64,000 nucleotides of DNA from Auanema rhodensis (lineage: Eukaryota; Animalia; Nematoda), in contig OZ059896.1 of assembly GCA_964057225.1 (NCBI GenBank), positions 13,640,001-13,704,000 on the forward strand. The letters are read 5' to 3'. This document shows positions 33,672-47,313 of this stretch, piece after piece. Under the pieces are notes generated by a model. It was not told the origin of the DNA and ran no database searches. It saw only the letters and a program-made list of their open reading frames with translations. The stretch's first letter is position 1; each line of letters starts with the position of its first letter. A program made the position numbers and the translations under genes.

Positions 33672-35614
33672 TCACAAAATCTTTTCTTTCATTCTTCGGG
33701 CAATTCGAGCAACATTGGCGAATTGCTCAACTCCCAGTCTCCATCCAGTGAAGTAGTCGTCAACCATATAAGGAAGATCATTTTCTTTACAGAAATCTTT
33801 GACTATTGGCATAACCTTAGAAAAATTCATACTAATAAAAATTAAAAAAAAACAATACCTTTGATAAATTATGTCGGGGCATTGTGGGGAAAAGATGATG
33901 CTCAATCTGAAAATATAAGAATTAGCTTTATTGAATGCAACCGATTCAGGCAACTATGAAGCTAGAAATACACATTCCGCAATATTCAAATTTTTCAATC
34001 AGAAATACAAATTAATGATAGGAAATGATTTCAGAGGATATTTAGTTTACCTGATAGTTTAATCCGCCCCAAAGCCAGTCAATGAAAATTCCTGGTCTCA
34101 TGTTACGGGTAGTATACAATTGAAGACATGGATAATTGGACATAATGTTAGAATTGTCTGTAAAGAATTTAAATTAACTTCTTATAAATAATAAAAAAGA
34201 ATATACATGGGAATTTCTCAACTGAGTAATGATTGTATGTTACAACATGAGCCAAAAGGAAACCTCCAGTAAGATGTGAAACAAAGAAAAATATTATTCT
34301 GAAATTGAGATCATTTATATATTAGATTCATATTATAAACTTTCAAACCTTGTTTGCATATCTGGTAGCATATACAGTTGAAGAAGAGATAAAATCCAAT
34401 GTCCAAGTAAAGCCGTCTGAATTACAATTCATTAGAAAAATTTCAAATTTATAAATTTACCTGTTCATATATGGCTTTTTCTCTATATGAAATATAGAAA
34501 TGAGTAGGCATATTCAGGACAAATTGAACAGATTGAGATAACCAACTAAGACGTAAGAATGGCAGCATAATTGTCCAATAGATATGTTGATATGGTAAAA
34601 TGCTTAGAAGCCAGTTATCACATGCCTATAAGTAACTATTTCACATAATTAAAATGTAGAATAATACCTTTAAATCTTGTACTACAGTAGCATAGAATGG
34701 CATCAAATCCAAATCTCCATCACGACCAACAACATTCGTTGCAGCATGATGAATGTTGTGTTGTTCTTTCCAACCTCCTGATGAGAATCCTTGCAAAAAG
34801 TTTCCAACAAAGTAACTTTAAAATCAATTTTTAAAACAATTATTTTTATATTAATTATACCTTGCTAAATCATTATACCAATGATTTTTGAATACTTGAT
34901 TATGGGTGAACTCATGAATAAGCCAACCTAAAATCATGATTATCATAAAAGTTTCTAATATTTTTATAAAAACCTAATTGTTGCCAAGCTAATCCCATTA
35001 AAACAGCTGCAGGTACATAATATTCTTTACTTTGAAGATAGCAAGCCAATAAAATAATTCCGATAGATTCTATTACCTTAAAATATATTTGAATACATTA
35101 ATTTTTATAATTTTTATAAACCTTTCTGATATAAAAAACAAAACTTCCTTCCATAAAACCATCAGAACGAAGTTGCATTCGAAGTTTATCGAAGTTTTTT
35201 GCAATTTTATCCGCCTTTTCTGCAGAAATATCAAACTTTCCCATATTGATATCTTCATAACCAGGAAGTAAATCCTCCTAAAATTAGTAAAAATATAAAA
35301 AAATATTCTATATGATATATCTAACTGGTTCATTTTTTATTTGTGGATCTTGTGTTGGACAACTTTTCTTTAAATCTTGAAGCCAATTATAAGCTTTCTT
35401 CGATCCAGCATGAAAAGTATGGAAAACAGTGGAAGCCTATAAATTAATAATAATAATAATAAATATACTAATTATAAAAATATACTTCTTTATTTCTATA
35501 TGTTGTTATAGCACTACCACCTGGATGAGCTTGTAAAACTTCTTGATCAACATATACCCATTTTCCATCAATTTTTAAGTAAAATGGTTCCTTGTCAATG
35601 TCTCGTATAACCAT
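33672..35614 (-). CDS. fat-4: Delta-5 fatty acid desaturase (cytochrome b5 fusion)
   Basis: MVIRDIDKEPFYLKIDGKW..HPGGSAITTY and His boxes HEFTH, HNIHH, QIEHHLFP. Closely follows C. elegans FAT-4 (GFSSGGWKEQH..HHAATNVVGRDGDLDL). Confidence 0.92.
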
Positions 35615-36797
35615 TATGGGTTAATAACAGGTCAAACCCCTAAAGAAACACATATTAAAAGAAATAGAAATATATTAAAGAATATCAAGATATAAAGCAT
35701 TAAAACAGAAAATTGATTAATTTTTTTATAAGTTATAAAATGAAAAATAAAGGACCATTATTGACGAAAAGCGCTGAATAATCAAACAAACTTGACGGAT
35801 CAACATAGACTAAATAAATAAAAAAATTATTTTAAAAAAAGTTTTTTTTCCTTAATTTTTGAAAAAAAAAACAAAAAAAAACAACACGAATTATCCAAAA
35901 ATAAAAACGATATCATAGATGGTCAGATAACAAATAATAGTATGAAGAACAGCAATTTTCAGTTTTCGTAACACGATGAAAACCAGATTAGGCATATTAT
36001 CAATAAAAATAATAATAAGATGTAATAATTAAGATAATAATCATTGAAGAATAAAAGAAAATTTAGAGTTTTTGATAAGAAAATGAGACAAAATACTTGA
36101 AAAATAAATAATTTTGTTTGAGAACGAGGTTGAGATTTCTGTACTTTGTCCAATAGTAATGGCGCGATTTCTCTTATCATCAGCTATACAGTGCTGGTCA
36201 ACTAATTATTTCCTCTGTTTTCCAGTCAGAAAAAAGGTTGGATAATTGAAAAATGATAGAAAAATGACAAGCTATCACTATTGTGACATTCTCTTCTTAA
36301 AAACTTAAAAGAATACAAAATGTAGCTGATAGAGAACTTTATTCAGAAGGAATCATTAAATATGTTCTTATCGTTATATCTCTCTTTCTATCACTCTTCA
36401 TATTATGTTTATAACTATTTTTTGATAATAAAAATGAAAAATTAGTGTCAATCAAGTATTTCTGAAGAGGATTAAAATGAATTAAATGAAATTATCAAAT
36501 AAACTAATGGAAATCTTGAAAATGTAAGCAATACAGAAATAGATAGAGAGAGAACGAATATAGGTAACTGTTACGTATCTATAAAATAGATATAAAATGT
36601 TCAAAGTTCATACTATATACTTAACAAGATAATCTTTAAAAATGATTAATTTTCGTATAAAAATGAGTTTAAACAAGCTTTATCTATTAAAAAAATATTT
36701 TTTTCATGTGAGATACCCATGGATGTGGACACATAGTTTAGCCACAAGTCATTCAATGAAAATACTCGGAATGGCAACTTTTTCATCTACATTCTCT

Positions 36798-36799
<2 letters not shown>

Positions 36800-36850
<51 letters not shown>

Positions 36851-36851
36851 T
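36800..36851. repeat. (CT)n microsatellite
   Basis: Direct inspection. Confidence 0.9.
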
Positions 36852-37578
36852 TCACGTATTCTTTTTTCTTTTGCATTTATCTGTTCCCTTCTCTCTTTTC
36901 TCTGACCAAAACGAAATGGCGTGATTATATGAAAAAGAAAAGCGGATGAACATAGATTGATTTTAAAATTTCTATTAAACAACACGTGTATTGTTTACTC
37001 AAATCAATTGAAATAAACATCTAAATAACTTTATTTGTCGTTAAATAATTTTAAATTTCAATAAAGAGAAGTTAAAAAAAACTGAAATTTGAAGCATTTC
37101 TTTGAAGAAAATAAATAAAAATATGAAACATCGATGGGAAAAGGACAGACGAAGGAAAGAGGAACAAAATGTGCAAAGGCTGCTGCTGGCCCATGCCCCT
37201 CTTACATATCGACCAATATTCCATCTAAACAGCGTAGCTTGTGAAACAGAAAAGTCAAATTTAGACAAAAAAGAATTCTAAAAGGAGAATCTGAATGAAT
37301 AATTCATTTTTTAATATTTTAAATTTATATTATAATAGTTAATAATATGATCATATTAGTTAGATATATGTATATAAACAACATACATACCAATGTGTTA
37401 GTAGTTTCGGTTTTAGAGGATTAAAACAGGTCAAAAAGTGGAACGTGACAAAGAGAATATTTCAAATAGGATATTATTTTTTGGTGAAAAATTGAAAGAT
37501 TTGAAATGAAGAAGAGTTGATAAAGAAGAGGAAAACGATGAATAAGTACATTCCATATTGTATAGGATGATGATGACA

Positions 37579-37640
37579 AGAGAAATAGAGAGAGAGAGAG
37601 AGAGAGAGAGAAATAGAGAGAGAGAAATAGAGAGAGAGAA

Positions 37641-37695
<55 letters not shown>
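37579..37695. repeat. (GA)n microsatellite with GAAATA interruptions
   Basis: Direct inspection. Confidence 0.9.
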
Positions 37696-39606
37696 AATGG
37701 TACTTATTCACAGCATTCTAATATTCATTTTCTTTTATATATTAAAGAAAAAGACCTAACAACGTAAATAGAAGATTTTTTTCCGAAAAAAAAAGAAACT
37801 AAAACTAGTGGACGATCAGAAGATATAGTGAAAGAGTTCATATTAGAAGGTCGCAGATGGCAAAAAGGAGGACATGTTGATGCGACTGAAAATAATCAAT
37901 GCTGGTTTTGAAGGTTAGAAAAATTACATTTTGACCAATTATAAGTCTTTTCTCTAATAGTTCTAACTTTGAAAAAAAAATGTTGAAATAGGTAAATTTC
38001 AATTTTTTTTCTTTGAAAGCTGTCTCTCTCTCTCTTTCTTTTCTATGATTGTTAATAAATCCATATAGTTACATCCCATATAATTTAAATAAAGCTTATA
38101 CAAATTAAAATGTTATATAATAAATATTATTAACTATAAAATATATTTATATGTATATAAATCTATATATAACATTAAAAAGTTATAAGTATTCTTATAA
38201 TATTTATAACGAAATTCCATATTTCAAATGAAAATCAAAAAATAAAATTTATGATTTACTTTCATCTTTACCGACAATTTATACATATCATGTATAAATC
38301 AAAAAAAGAATATAAAATATGAAGAAATTAGATAAATTATTAATAAATTAAAAGAAAATGTAATTCTTTTTAATTCTTTATATGAAAAAATATTCTTTAC
38401 AATTCTTAAGAATTTTCTATTGAATTTCAAATAAATGAATATTACCTATTTCTATTTCAAAAATTTTAATAAAATTACTTTGATACAAATAAATAATTTG
38501 AAATTTAAAAATAAAAATGTTACAAACTATGTATTTTCATCATTATTATTTTAACTAATTATAATTTCGCTTGAGTAGTTGCTTCTAATATGGAAAGATA
38601 ATTGGAAACTTTTAAATGACTTAGTATTAAATGATATTATACTTATTTGTATTTTTTTTTGTTCTGAATTAAAATTATAATTATTTGAATAATTTTATAT
38701 AAAAATTACAAATATTAATAAACATATTATAAATAATTTGATCCATATATGCAACAGCATTTGTCTTTATGAATTCTAACCTTACACTTTACAAACTGTT
38801 GTTCTCTTCTTTTCAAGTTTATTGTGTTACCCAACTTTCAACAAACCTTTTTATTCAGAATTTTTCAGTGACAGAAGATGAACTATGAATTTGAATGCTG
38901 GAGATTGACATATATGTACATGCAAACTTATAAAATATAAGATATATACTTCATAAACAATAATTTTGCAACTCAAGTTTTTGGTTATTGAAGGATTGTT
39001 TTGAAACTTATTTACACCTTTACGAGCATGACCATTTAAGGAATAAGAGCATTGTCCAGATTTTTTCTACAAGTTTCAATAATTATCTGAACTTCAAGAA
39101 CTTATTTTCTTTAGAACATATAACGATTATAAGAAAAGATTCAAACATTAAGATAGTAAAGATCATTTGTTCTTGAGGAATTGATATCCATGATATTGAT
39201 TGAAGATATACATATGTTGTAATCTTTCTATTAATAGTTCAAAAATTGAATTTAATCAATTTTTAATGAAATTTCTAAAAAATTAACATTTAGCAATTAA
39301 AAAGTTCTTAATTTAAAATTTATATAATAAGATATAAATATTAAAATATTTAAAATATATTATATTAAAGATAAAATTTATTTAAAATATATAAAATTAT
39401 ATTTAAATAATTAATTTAAATTTAAATTGTTATGTATAAGTAGTAGTTTAAAGTTTAAAAAAACATGTAATAGTGTAGTATTTGCTTTGTTTGTGAAATA
39501 AAGACTTATAGTGTAAGATGAGATGAATTTAAAGTTCTAAAAACTGAGGAGAAACGACAAATCTTTTCTCATTTCTTCATTCATCTTCAAGTCTTCTATT
39601 CACAAA

Positions 39607-39926
39607 ATGAAATATATTCTTCCAATTATTATATTTCTTTTACTTTCAACTGCATTTGCTGCTCCAAAAAAGAATAAAAAGGTTTTTTTCTTTGTTTAAT
39701 ATTATTATTTTTATTTTTTTTATTAAAGAAGGATAGAGAAAGAGATAATAATGATCATAAAGATAAGAAATCATCTGAAGAATCTGATTCTAAATCATCT
39801 GAAGAAGTAGAATCTGATCAGAATTCTACAACGACTACTACAACTCAGATTGAATCTCCAAATCAACAGGAAAAAGCTACGACAATCGTAATGGATGAAG
39901 ATAAAGCTCAAGAAATCGAACTTTAA
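39607..39926 (+). CDS. Small secreted acidic Ser/Glu-rich protein (2 exons)
   Basis: Signal peptide MKYILPIIIFLLLSTAFA|APKKNKK, a GT-AG intron, then KSSEESDSKSSEE...EIEL*. AATAAA follows. Confidence 0.75.
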
Positions 39927-40012
39927 AAAATATTTTCTTGAAATAAAATACTTAGCAGCAATGTTTAATTATAAATTTCTTTATTAATAAATAAAATAAT
40001 AATTAAATTCTA

Positions 40013-40275
40013 TTATTCAACAAATGTATGAAGATGATCTGTGAATATAACTGTGTTATGTGATTTATCAAATTTCTCAACAGACCACCAAAAATCCTAA
40101 AATAAAACAAAAATTTTATTTTTGTAATAAAATTAATAAAACATACTCTTGTCATATATATTATAGTTGAAAGCCAAAAAATTAAAAGAAACCATCCTAA
40201 ACGACAAATTTGTTGTTCTCGTTGAAGTTGGCAATCCGTGACAGTGTCACAGTTATAACTTGAAATAGTAGACAT
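40013..40275 (-). CDS. ~70-aa single-pass membrane microprotein (2 exons)
   Basis: MSTISSYNCDTVTDCQLQREQQICRLGWFLLIFWLSTIIYMTR, GTATGT..TTTTAG intron, DFWWSVEKF...TFVE*. Confidence 0.55.
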
Positions 40276-40714
40276 ATAAAGCTTAATAACAATAAATAAT
40301 ATAGTTAATATAGTTAAATATAATTCTTATTTTTTTTAAAAATATGATAATCTCTTATACTATTGTATAAGATCTTATGTAAAAAAAATTTGTTTTTAAA
40401 TCTCAATAAACAGGAAAAGGTTTAGATGAATTAGCTTGTGTTTTTCTACAACAAAGTTTATACGTATTCCATATATATATAGTTATATATGGATATATAT
40501 ATATTTGTATAAAACTTAAGTAAATCTTTGAAATATTTTGTGAAAAATTGTTGGAAAAGTGCAGCAAACTTGCTTATTAAATGTTCATTTTCATCCTATT
40601 TTTCTTAAAATTATGTTTTTAAATGAAAGCATTTTGATACAAAAACATTTATTTCAACTTTCTGATTTCAGTTATACAAATTGAAAAAGAGAAACAATTT
40701 TAGATCTAATAAAG

Positions 40715-41099
40715 TTAGATCAAGTTGTTCATTTCCGCAAACTTGGCAAAAGCTGCTCGAGCAAATCGCGCATTATCTTGTTCCGAAGATGATGATCTTT
40801 TAGCAAAAGCAAAGCTTGGTTTTTCTAACTTATCAGCTGAAAAAAAGCTCAAAATTACATTTCCTTAAAAGTTTGTCACATACCACTTCTCTTGGCAAAA
40901 GCAAAAGCAAATTTGAGTCGTTGATTCAAATCACTCAAGTCTCTAGCAAATCGTCCACTTGGATTATTATCATCTAAAATTTAAATAAACATAAATAAAA
41001 ATAAAATATAAACTAACTATTAGCTTCAATTGATTCCCAAGATGTTGCTGAAACCAGAACGGCAAGTACAGATAACAAAGTTAATGATTTGAATAACAT
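40715..41099 (-). CDS. nlp-20: FAFA-type neuropeptide precursor (3 exons)
   Basis: Signal peptide and KR-flanked peptides LKFAFAFA, SADKLEKPSFAFA and SSSSEQDNARFARAAFA, matching the NLP-20 motifs FAFAFA and ARFARASFA. Confidence 0.85.
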
Positions 41100-41493
41100 T
41101 AGTATTGAATTAGAGGTTTTGAAGTTGCAAAATTTTAAAAACTGGAGTAGAGTCTGGAAGAAAAATCAGTTAATATACGGTCTGAAAGAGGAGGAGACTT
41201 GATTAAACTTTTAATCTGAAAAAAATCGTCCTTTTCATTGTTGAAGATTGAAAATAAAAAAGTTTTTAACATGAAAAGCATGTCTTTAAATGATTCCACG
41301 ATATATCCGCAAATTAGCTGACATGACATCTTTGACGTCAGTAATTGCTTACTAACTATTACTTAATCATATAATTAAAGATTCTTGTCTATTGTAAATC
41401 TAAGTTTAGTAAAAAATGATATCCGTTTAAAACGTTTTATCATGGCAGAATAAGGATTGTTCGACAAAAAAATTGAAAAGAAATTAAATGAAT

Positions 41494-41700
41494 TTAGAAA
41501 AATCCTTTGTTCTTCTTCTTATGCCGTACAGGTCCCATGACAGCTCCTTCTAAAAATAGTATTTAAACTTAAATATTCAAATGGAAAAAACCTTTTGTAT
41601 TGACGTTAAACTTGTTTTCGGAATGATCCTTAACTTCAGCAAGTCTTTGATATCTAGTTGAAAGATAAGCAAATAAGCACGATAACCAAGCATCAGCCAT
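41494..41700 (-). CDS. Putative ~54-aa microprotein (2 exons)
   Basis: ATG directly after TTTAG: MADAWLSCLFAYLSTRYQRLAEVKDH..., short GT-AG intron, GAVMGPVRHKKKNKGFF*. No recognised family. Confidence 0.45.
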
Positions 41701-42624
41701 CTAAACTTAAGCTTCAAATTCAAAAATTAGATAATTTGGTTCAAAAGGAGAAAAAAAAGTAAAAGTAGTAAAGAAGTTAATATAGTAGAACCATATGCAT
41801 CATATCTGGGATGTTATATTTGAAAGAAAATTATAGGATTGTATAGCTTGAAGTCAGCTGAATGAACTACGTACATTCATTCATATGTATAAAAAGAAAA
41901 AGAAAGAAATATAAAGAGAGAGAGAAAGCTATACGTTAAAAGAGAGAATAAGAGAAATACAGAGCGTATTGAACTAAGAAGATAGTCTTCTCTTAAATTT
42001 GTATTTATGCATTAAAGATGAGTTGTATATGGAGTTCTCTATGTTCATTTTTGGATTTTTAAATGAATATTTATCCTTGTCTCCTTAAAAGAATTGATTA
42101 TTACATATTATTTCATGTCATTTATCTATTTATTTATATTTTCTTTTATAAATATATAGTTAATTGAATTGATTAACTACCAAACAAACTCATTATTATC
42201 TACATGTACATACATACATACATACATATACTACTATGTATGAATGTAAGTATTCAATGAATATTTTATTTCTTCCTGCTTTTTCTAACGAATTTCCATA
42301 TTTTCTTTTATTATTTTTTTGTGATATTTATGTAATTTACTTGTATATATGTATATAGACCTAGTATGTACATACTATGTAGCTCAGTTATGTAGAAAGC
42401 TAGCTTTGCTGCTGCTGCAACTGCGGCTTTTAGTGAATGAAACCACTCTTTATTTGTTTTTTTTTTGTTGAGAATGAACAAAGTAACATACAATAGATGA
42501 TGATGCCACGTATTTTTGAGAGAAGTATAGTCTTTATTTCATTTTTTCCTTCACAATATTTCAATTACATATAGTTACATATAGTTAAATTGGCGAAACA
42601 TTATACTAATTCTAAATGAATTAT

Positions 42625-43037
42625 CTAGACGATGTTGATTTCGGGTTCGTATGTAGACTCCTCCATTGGCTCATCTGTTACAATATTGTCTATGAAGTCA
42701 TCAGTGAATTCTTCTGTGTATTCGGGCTCGGACGTTGTTCCAAGTTCCTCTTCAGATGATTCGGATGATGAGGATGAGCTACTCGATTCGGATGATTCGG
42801 AAGACTCGGATGACTTAGAGTCAGATTCGCTAGATTTGGATTTAGAATCAGATTTTTCGTGAGACTTCTTGTGTGATTCGTCAGATTCAGAAGATCCCTT
42901 TTTCTTGTCCTATGAAAAAATTAATAAAATTTAATTTAAAGAAAGTAAAGTAGTACCTTTCCTTCCTTTCCTCTCTTTGGTGCAGCCAAAGCAGATGAGA
43001 TAAGAAGAACAGTAAGGAAAACAGCCAAATATTTCAT
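42625..43037 (-). CDS. Small secreted acidic Ser/Glu-rich protein, paralog of 39,607-39,926 (2 exons)
   Basis: MKYLAVFLTVLLISSALA|APKRGKEGK, intron at an equivalent position, then KSSESDSKSSESSE...EPEINIV*. Confidence 0.8.
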
Positions 43038-43598
43038 TTTAGTAGTTTTTATTTAATATATAATTAATTATTTCCTTTTATACTATTTCAAACAAATTAT
43101 TTAAACAGCTGTTTAATCATTTCAATGGGGTTCAATTTCTATGATCAGGATCATAATGATTGTTATCTCCAATCTGAAGAAGTTAGAACATCGTGTCGAT
43201 GACGTGTTGTGAACAATTTTCAATAAAAGTTTCAATTATTGTTTTTGATAAAAAAAAAAACAAATAGTTGTTTATTTTTTCAATTAAAAGATAAGGATAA
43301 CATTCATATTTCCCATTTAAATTCAACTATTTCCAAATATCTTAATTAATCTAATATCTTAAAATATCATGAATATCTTCATAATTCTATTTTTTAAATT
43401 CAAATAAATTTTTTTTGTTCTGTTGTAGTTGAATAAACAACTTTTTGAACTTTTAGTCTTATTCATGTGATCTGAAATCACATTGACGATCAAACGAATA
43501 TGACACCTACGCAAACTTTTTAGTTTTTTTTCTCCTAAAGTTTCAAATTCATTTCAAACAAAAAAGAAATTAAAAAGTTTTTATTTTTAATTCAAAAA

Positions 43599-44913
43599 TT
43601 TAAATTGCATTTGCTATCGTTTTCTTTGTAAATTTCCCTTTAAATGATAAAATTATACGTTTGCCCATATTTTGAACCTAAAATAATATTTTTTTTTGTT
43701 GAAATTTTAAGATTAAAAAACTTACTTCAAAATTAAAAAATAAATAAAGTATACTTGTTATAACATTATTTGTTAATGATATAAATGTATATAAAAAAAC
43801 CCAAAGAAATGTATTTTTAGATAATATAGATGAATGAGATGCTCCTGTTATACGGTATAATATCCATTTAGCAGAAAAACATGATGAAACAGTTCCTAAT
43901 TGTATTGCTAATCTTTATAATAAATAATTAAAATAAAATAGATAGTAATAGATCAAACCGAATGTCTTTTTTACGAATTGAACGATCTGATCTTACTCGA
44001 ATTGATGAATTTCGAACAATAATGAATAGCTGAAATAGAATAAGAAGAATATTAAATAAGTTGGGGAAAGTTTAAAACTTTTTACCGAAAGATAACATGA
44101 TAAACAGATAATTGATGAAATAGCATTTAATGGAATAGAAATAACATAATTAGCATAGTTAAATAACTTATTTGGATTATACATTTGAAGCATATATGTT
44201 TCTTCACTAAATATAATCCTGAAATATATATATTTTATTCTTTTTTCTAGATAATAGAATAACTTTAAAACTTACCAACAACATGGTACTAAATAATGTG
44301 TAAATATAACAAAAGATAAAACTATTATAAACCATATAATTACAAATAATATTGTATTTTTAATTGTAAACCATTTAGTAGTATTATATCGTATAACAAC
44401 TAATCTAAAAATATATTTATTTATATATATATATATATATATAGTTAACAATATTAATTATAATTTATCTTTAATTATCTTACCTATTAACAGCCATACA
44501 AGCATGTGATCCAGAGACAAACCATGAAAAGAGATAATAAGTTCCACTTAAAAGTATTTGAGTATGATCAGTTGGATTTCCTTTTAATATAGAATGCTAA
44601 GAATAATAATATTAATTAGAAATCGTATAATTAAAATTTTTTGAATACCTTTGCTAGAACTGATGGAAATTTGAATCCAATATATAAGTTTAGTTCAGCA
44701 AAATCAGCCAAAATGTGAAAGAATGATAGAATATATACAGAATTACAACTTGAAAAAAAAGATTAAAAAAAGGTAAAAACAACTATAAACTTACTTTTTT
44801 TTTATTATAAGAAAAAATAAAGTAATTAGAGTAGTTAAAGAAATTAAATAATAAATAGAAGAAATAACAGAAAAAAAGATTAAATAGATATACCTTTCAT
44901 AGGATGTTATCAT
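43599..44913 (-). CDS. Nematode 7TM serpentine chemoreceptor, Srx-like (multi-exon)
   Basis: Hydrophobic exons with MAVNR (end of TM3), LVPCC, KKDIRLAIQL and ILYLFFNFEVQ. GT-AG introns give a continuous frame. Confidence 0.7.
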
Positions 44914-46350
44914 ATTTCACTTCAGTTTTTCACAAAAAATTTATTAAAAGGAATTGTTTAAAAATATTTTGGTTTTAATTCTCCTTTTACTTTTTGTTTT
45001 ATTTGTTTTAGTATAAGTATCGGGAGGGAAATTCGACTTGAAAATGAAGCTGACTCTGAGTTCATTTAAGTGAAATACAATGATACATATACTTCAATTT
45101 GAGATGAAATTCTTATTCTATTAAAAATTCTTTTTTGAGATTTTCAATTTATTAAATTAATGAAACAATCTTCTTCTTTGATTCCTTTGAGATAAAGAAA
45201 AGAGGGAGGATGTGAAGAGAGAAAGTAAAAAAGGAGGGAGAGAGAGCAAGGTTAAAGACAATGTAATTATAAAATTATCATATTTGATATTTTAATAGAT
45301 GATTTTTTGATATTCTTTTGTTCTTTTTATATATTTTACTTGTTATTATTGAACTATAATTGTAAAATAATTCTAATAATACTCACAAATCTCAAAAAAA
45401 GTATAAAAAACTCAACTATTATTTGTTAAAAACTTAAATTTTTTGGTCAAATAAATTTTATAAATTTTAATAAAATAATTATTTGAATATTTTTTGTTTT
45501 TTTTTAAATTTATTTACAACAACTAACAGATAATTGAGAACAAAATTTAAAAAGAAAAAGATATTCATGGGAATGAACATGTAATATGATCAACATAGAA
45601 TAAACGATACTGAAATAACTATTATAAATTCAAAAATTAAAATTAATAATAGCCTATGCTGCAACTTTTTCAAAACAAGTTAAAGTTCTTTAAGAATTTT
45701 TTAATATGTTTTAGGTTGTTCGGAAATAAAGTAGTTAAAGTGGTTCAAAAAAAAATCAAAAAAGCAATATCGTTAATTCTTTTTCTACGAGTTCAAACTC
45801 GGACCGTCAATCTGTTAAAAATATCAATGAAGCATGGAAACATGGCAGTGTTCACGAATCTACAGTAGATCGTGTTAACAGTTTAGTGGAGTAACACGGG
45901 TTTTATTCATTACAGCATCCTGATGCCTGCAGAAACAATAATTTCAGATATGAATGTTCCACAACTCCAAGAGATTCATAAGAAACTACAAAAAAGTGAC
46001 CCTCTTTGGTCAACCGAACATGACCCAAACATCTTCACGACAAAGCACGTTCTCAAACGCTCCAGAAGCTCAGCGAACTTGGCTACGAAACTCTTTCTCA
46101 TCCTGTTTATTTTCCGGACTAATAAATTCATTCGATCAAGGAAATAAGATTTTTTCAAACAAAAAATTGATGATTGACTGTTGGCAAAATGTATGGAAGT
46201 TACTTTGATTAGTAAAATTTCGTAAAAATTTATTTTTAATAATTTGAAGAATGTAATGTTTATATGTATGTAATAAAATTTTATTTATTAGAATATCCTT
46301 AAGTTAAGTTTAATCAAGTTTTATCAAAGTTTAAAAGAATAAACCTTTAT

Positions 46351-46825
46351 TTACATAGAATATTGCAATTTATGACGATGTTTTACAGAAGATAAATGTT
46401 GAACATAGAATAATGAATGTTGTATAACTTCAGATATTACACGAATCATTACAAAAATAAGAAAAATTAATAAAAATATTCTTGGAAAGAATATAATATC
46501 CGTATGTTGTATCTATAATTATAAATATTTATTAAATAATAAGAAATAATTTTAAAAATCTTACTTTATTAGATTTATTATTATTTTTATTGATTGATTC
46601 TATTGGCCATGTAAATAGAATAACAAAACATAATATTATAAATATATTAAAACCAATAGTTGACGAACTGAAATTATTTAATTTGAATTAATAAAATAAA
46701 AAAATAAATATAATTTCTTACAATCCTTTTGTTTTGCTAACTATTAAAGTTGCAAAAAAACTCATTAAGAATAAGATTATAGCTATTAAAACTCCTGGTC
46801 CTAATCCAAATGGTCGTACATCCAT
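46351..46825 (-). CDS. tmem-218: TMEM218-like ciliary transition-zone membrane protein (3 exons)
   Basis: MDVRPFGLGPGVLIAII.., TM2 ending FTWP, and DYIFFPRIFLL resemble TMEM218 (LGVGAGVFIL, LLFP, DDFFIGRYVLL). An X-box lies upstream. Confidence 0.7.
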
Positions 46826-46889
46826 TGCTATTGATTTTTATAGAAACGGTCAAGAGACATAAAAGCTCAATAGTTTTGAGCTAAGGTTG

Positions 46890-46902
46890 GTTACTAGGCA
46901 AC
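46890..46902. promoter_or_regulatory. RFX/DAF-19 X-box-like element
   Basis: GTTACTAGGCAAC, ~65 bp upstream of the tmem-218-like ATG. Confidence 0.65.
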
Positions 46903-47313
46903 GACATACACATATGATATATTGAGAATAATGGTCAAATCCTTAGGGATAATACAGAAATAAAACAAAAAAAAAAGATTAATTTTCTAATCGGATCAGT
47001 GTCATAGTTGTTACGTTGATCAAATACTACTACATGTGCCTCATTCAAATAACAGGAACGTTTATAAGATCTAGTTTGATATAAACTTGGTAAATTATTC
47101 AAATTTTAATTAGAAATTACAGTTTATTGTAAACATTTTAATAATAATATTCATTTAATATATTTTATTATAACAATTCCCGTATAAATTAATAATTATG
47201 ACTCGTGAAACAAATATTTTAAAATAAAATTAGAGATTTCTCGCATATGACACACTATATTATTAAAATAATAAAAGATTAATATATATAGATATATAGA
47301 TTATTATAAATAA

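Noticed and set aside
36642-37711. ORFs with SLSLSL/ERERER runs
   Set aside because: They are translations of (CT)n/(GA)n microsatellites.
45656-46208. Possible plus-strand gene (MPAETIISDMNVPQL...)
   Set aside because: The composition looks coding, but I found no consistent spliced model or homology. It may be a real small gene or a pseudogene.
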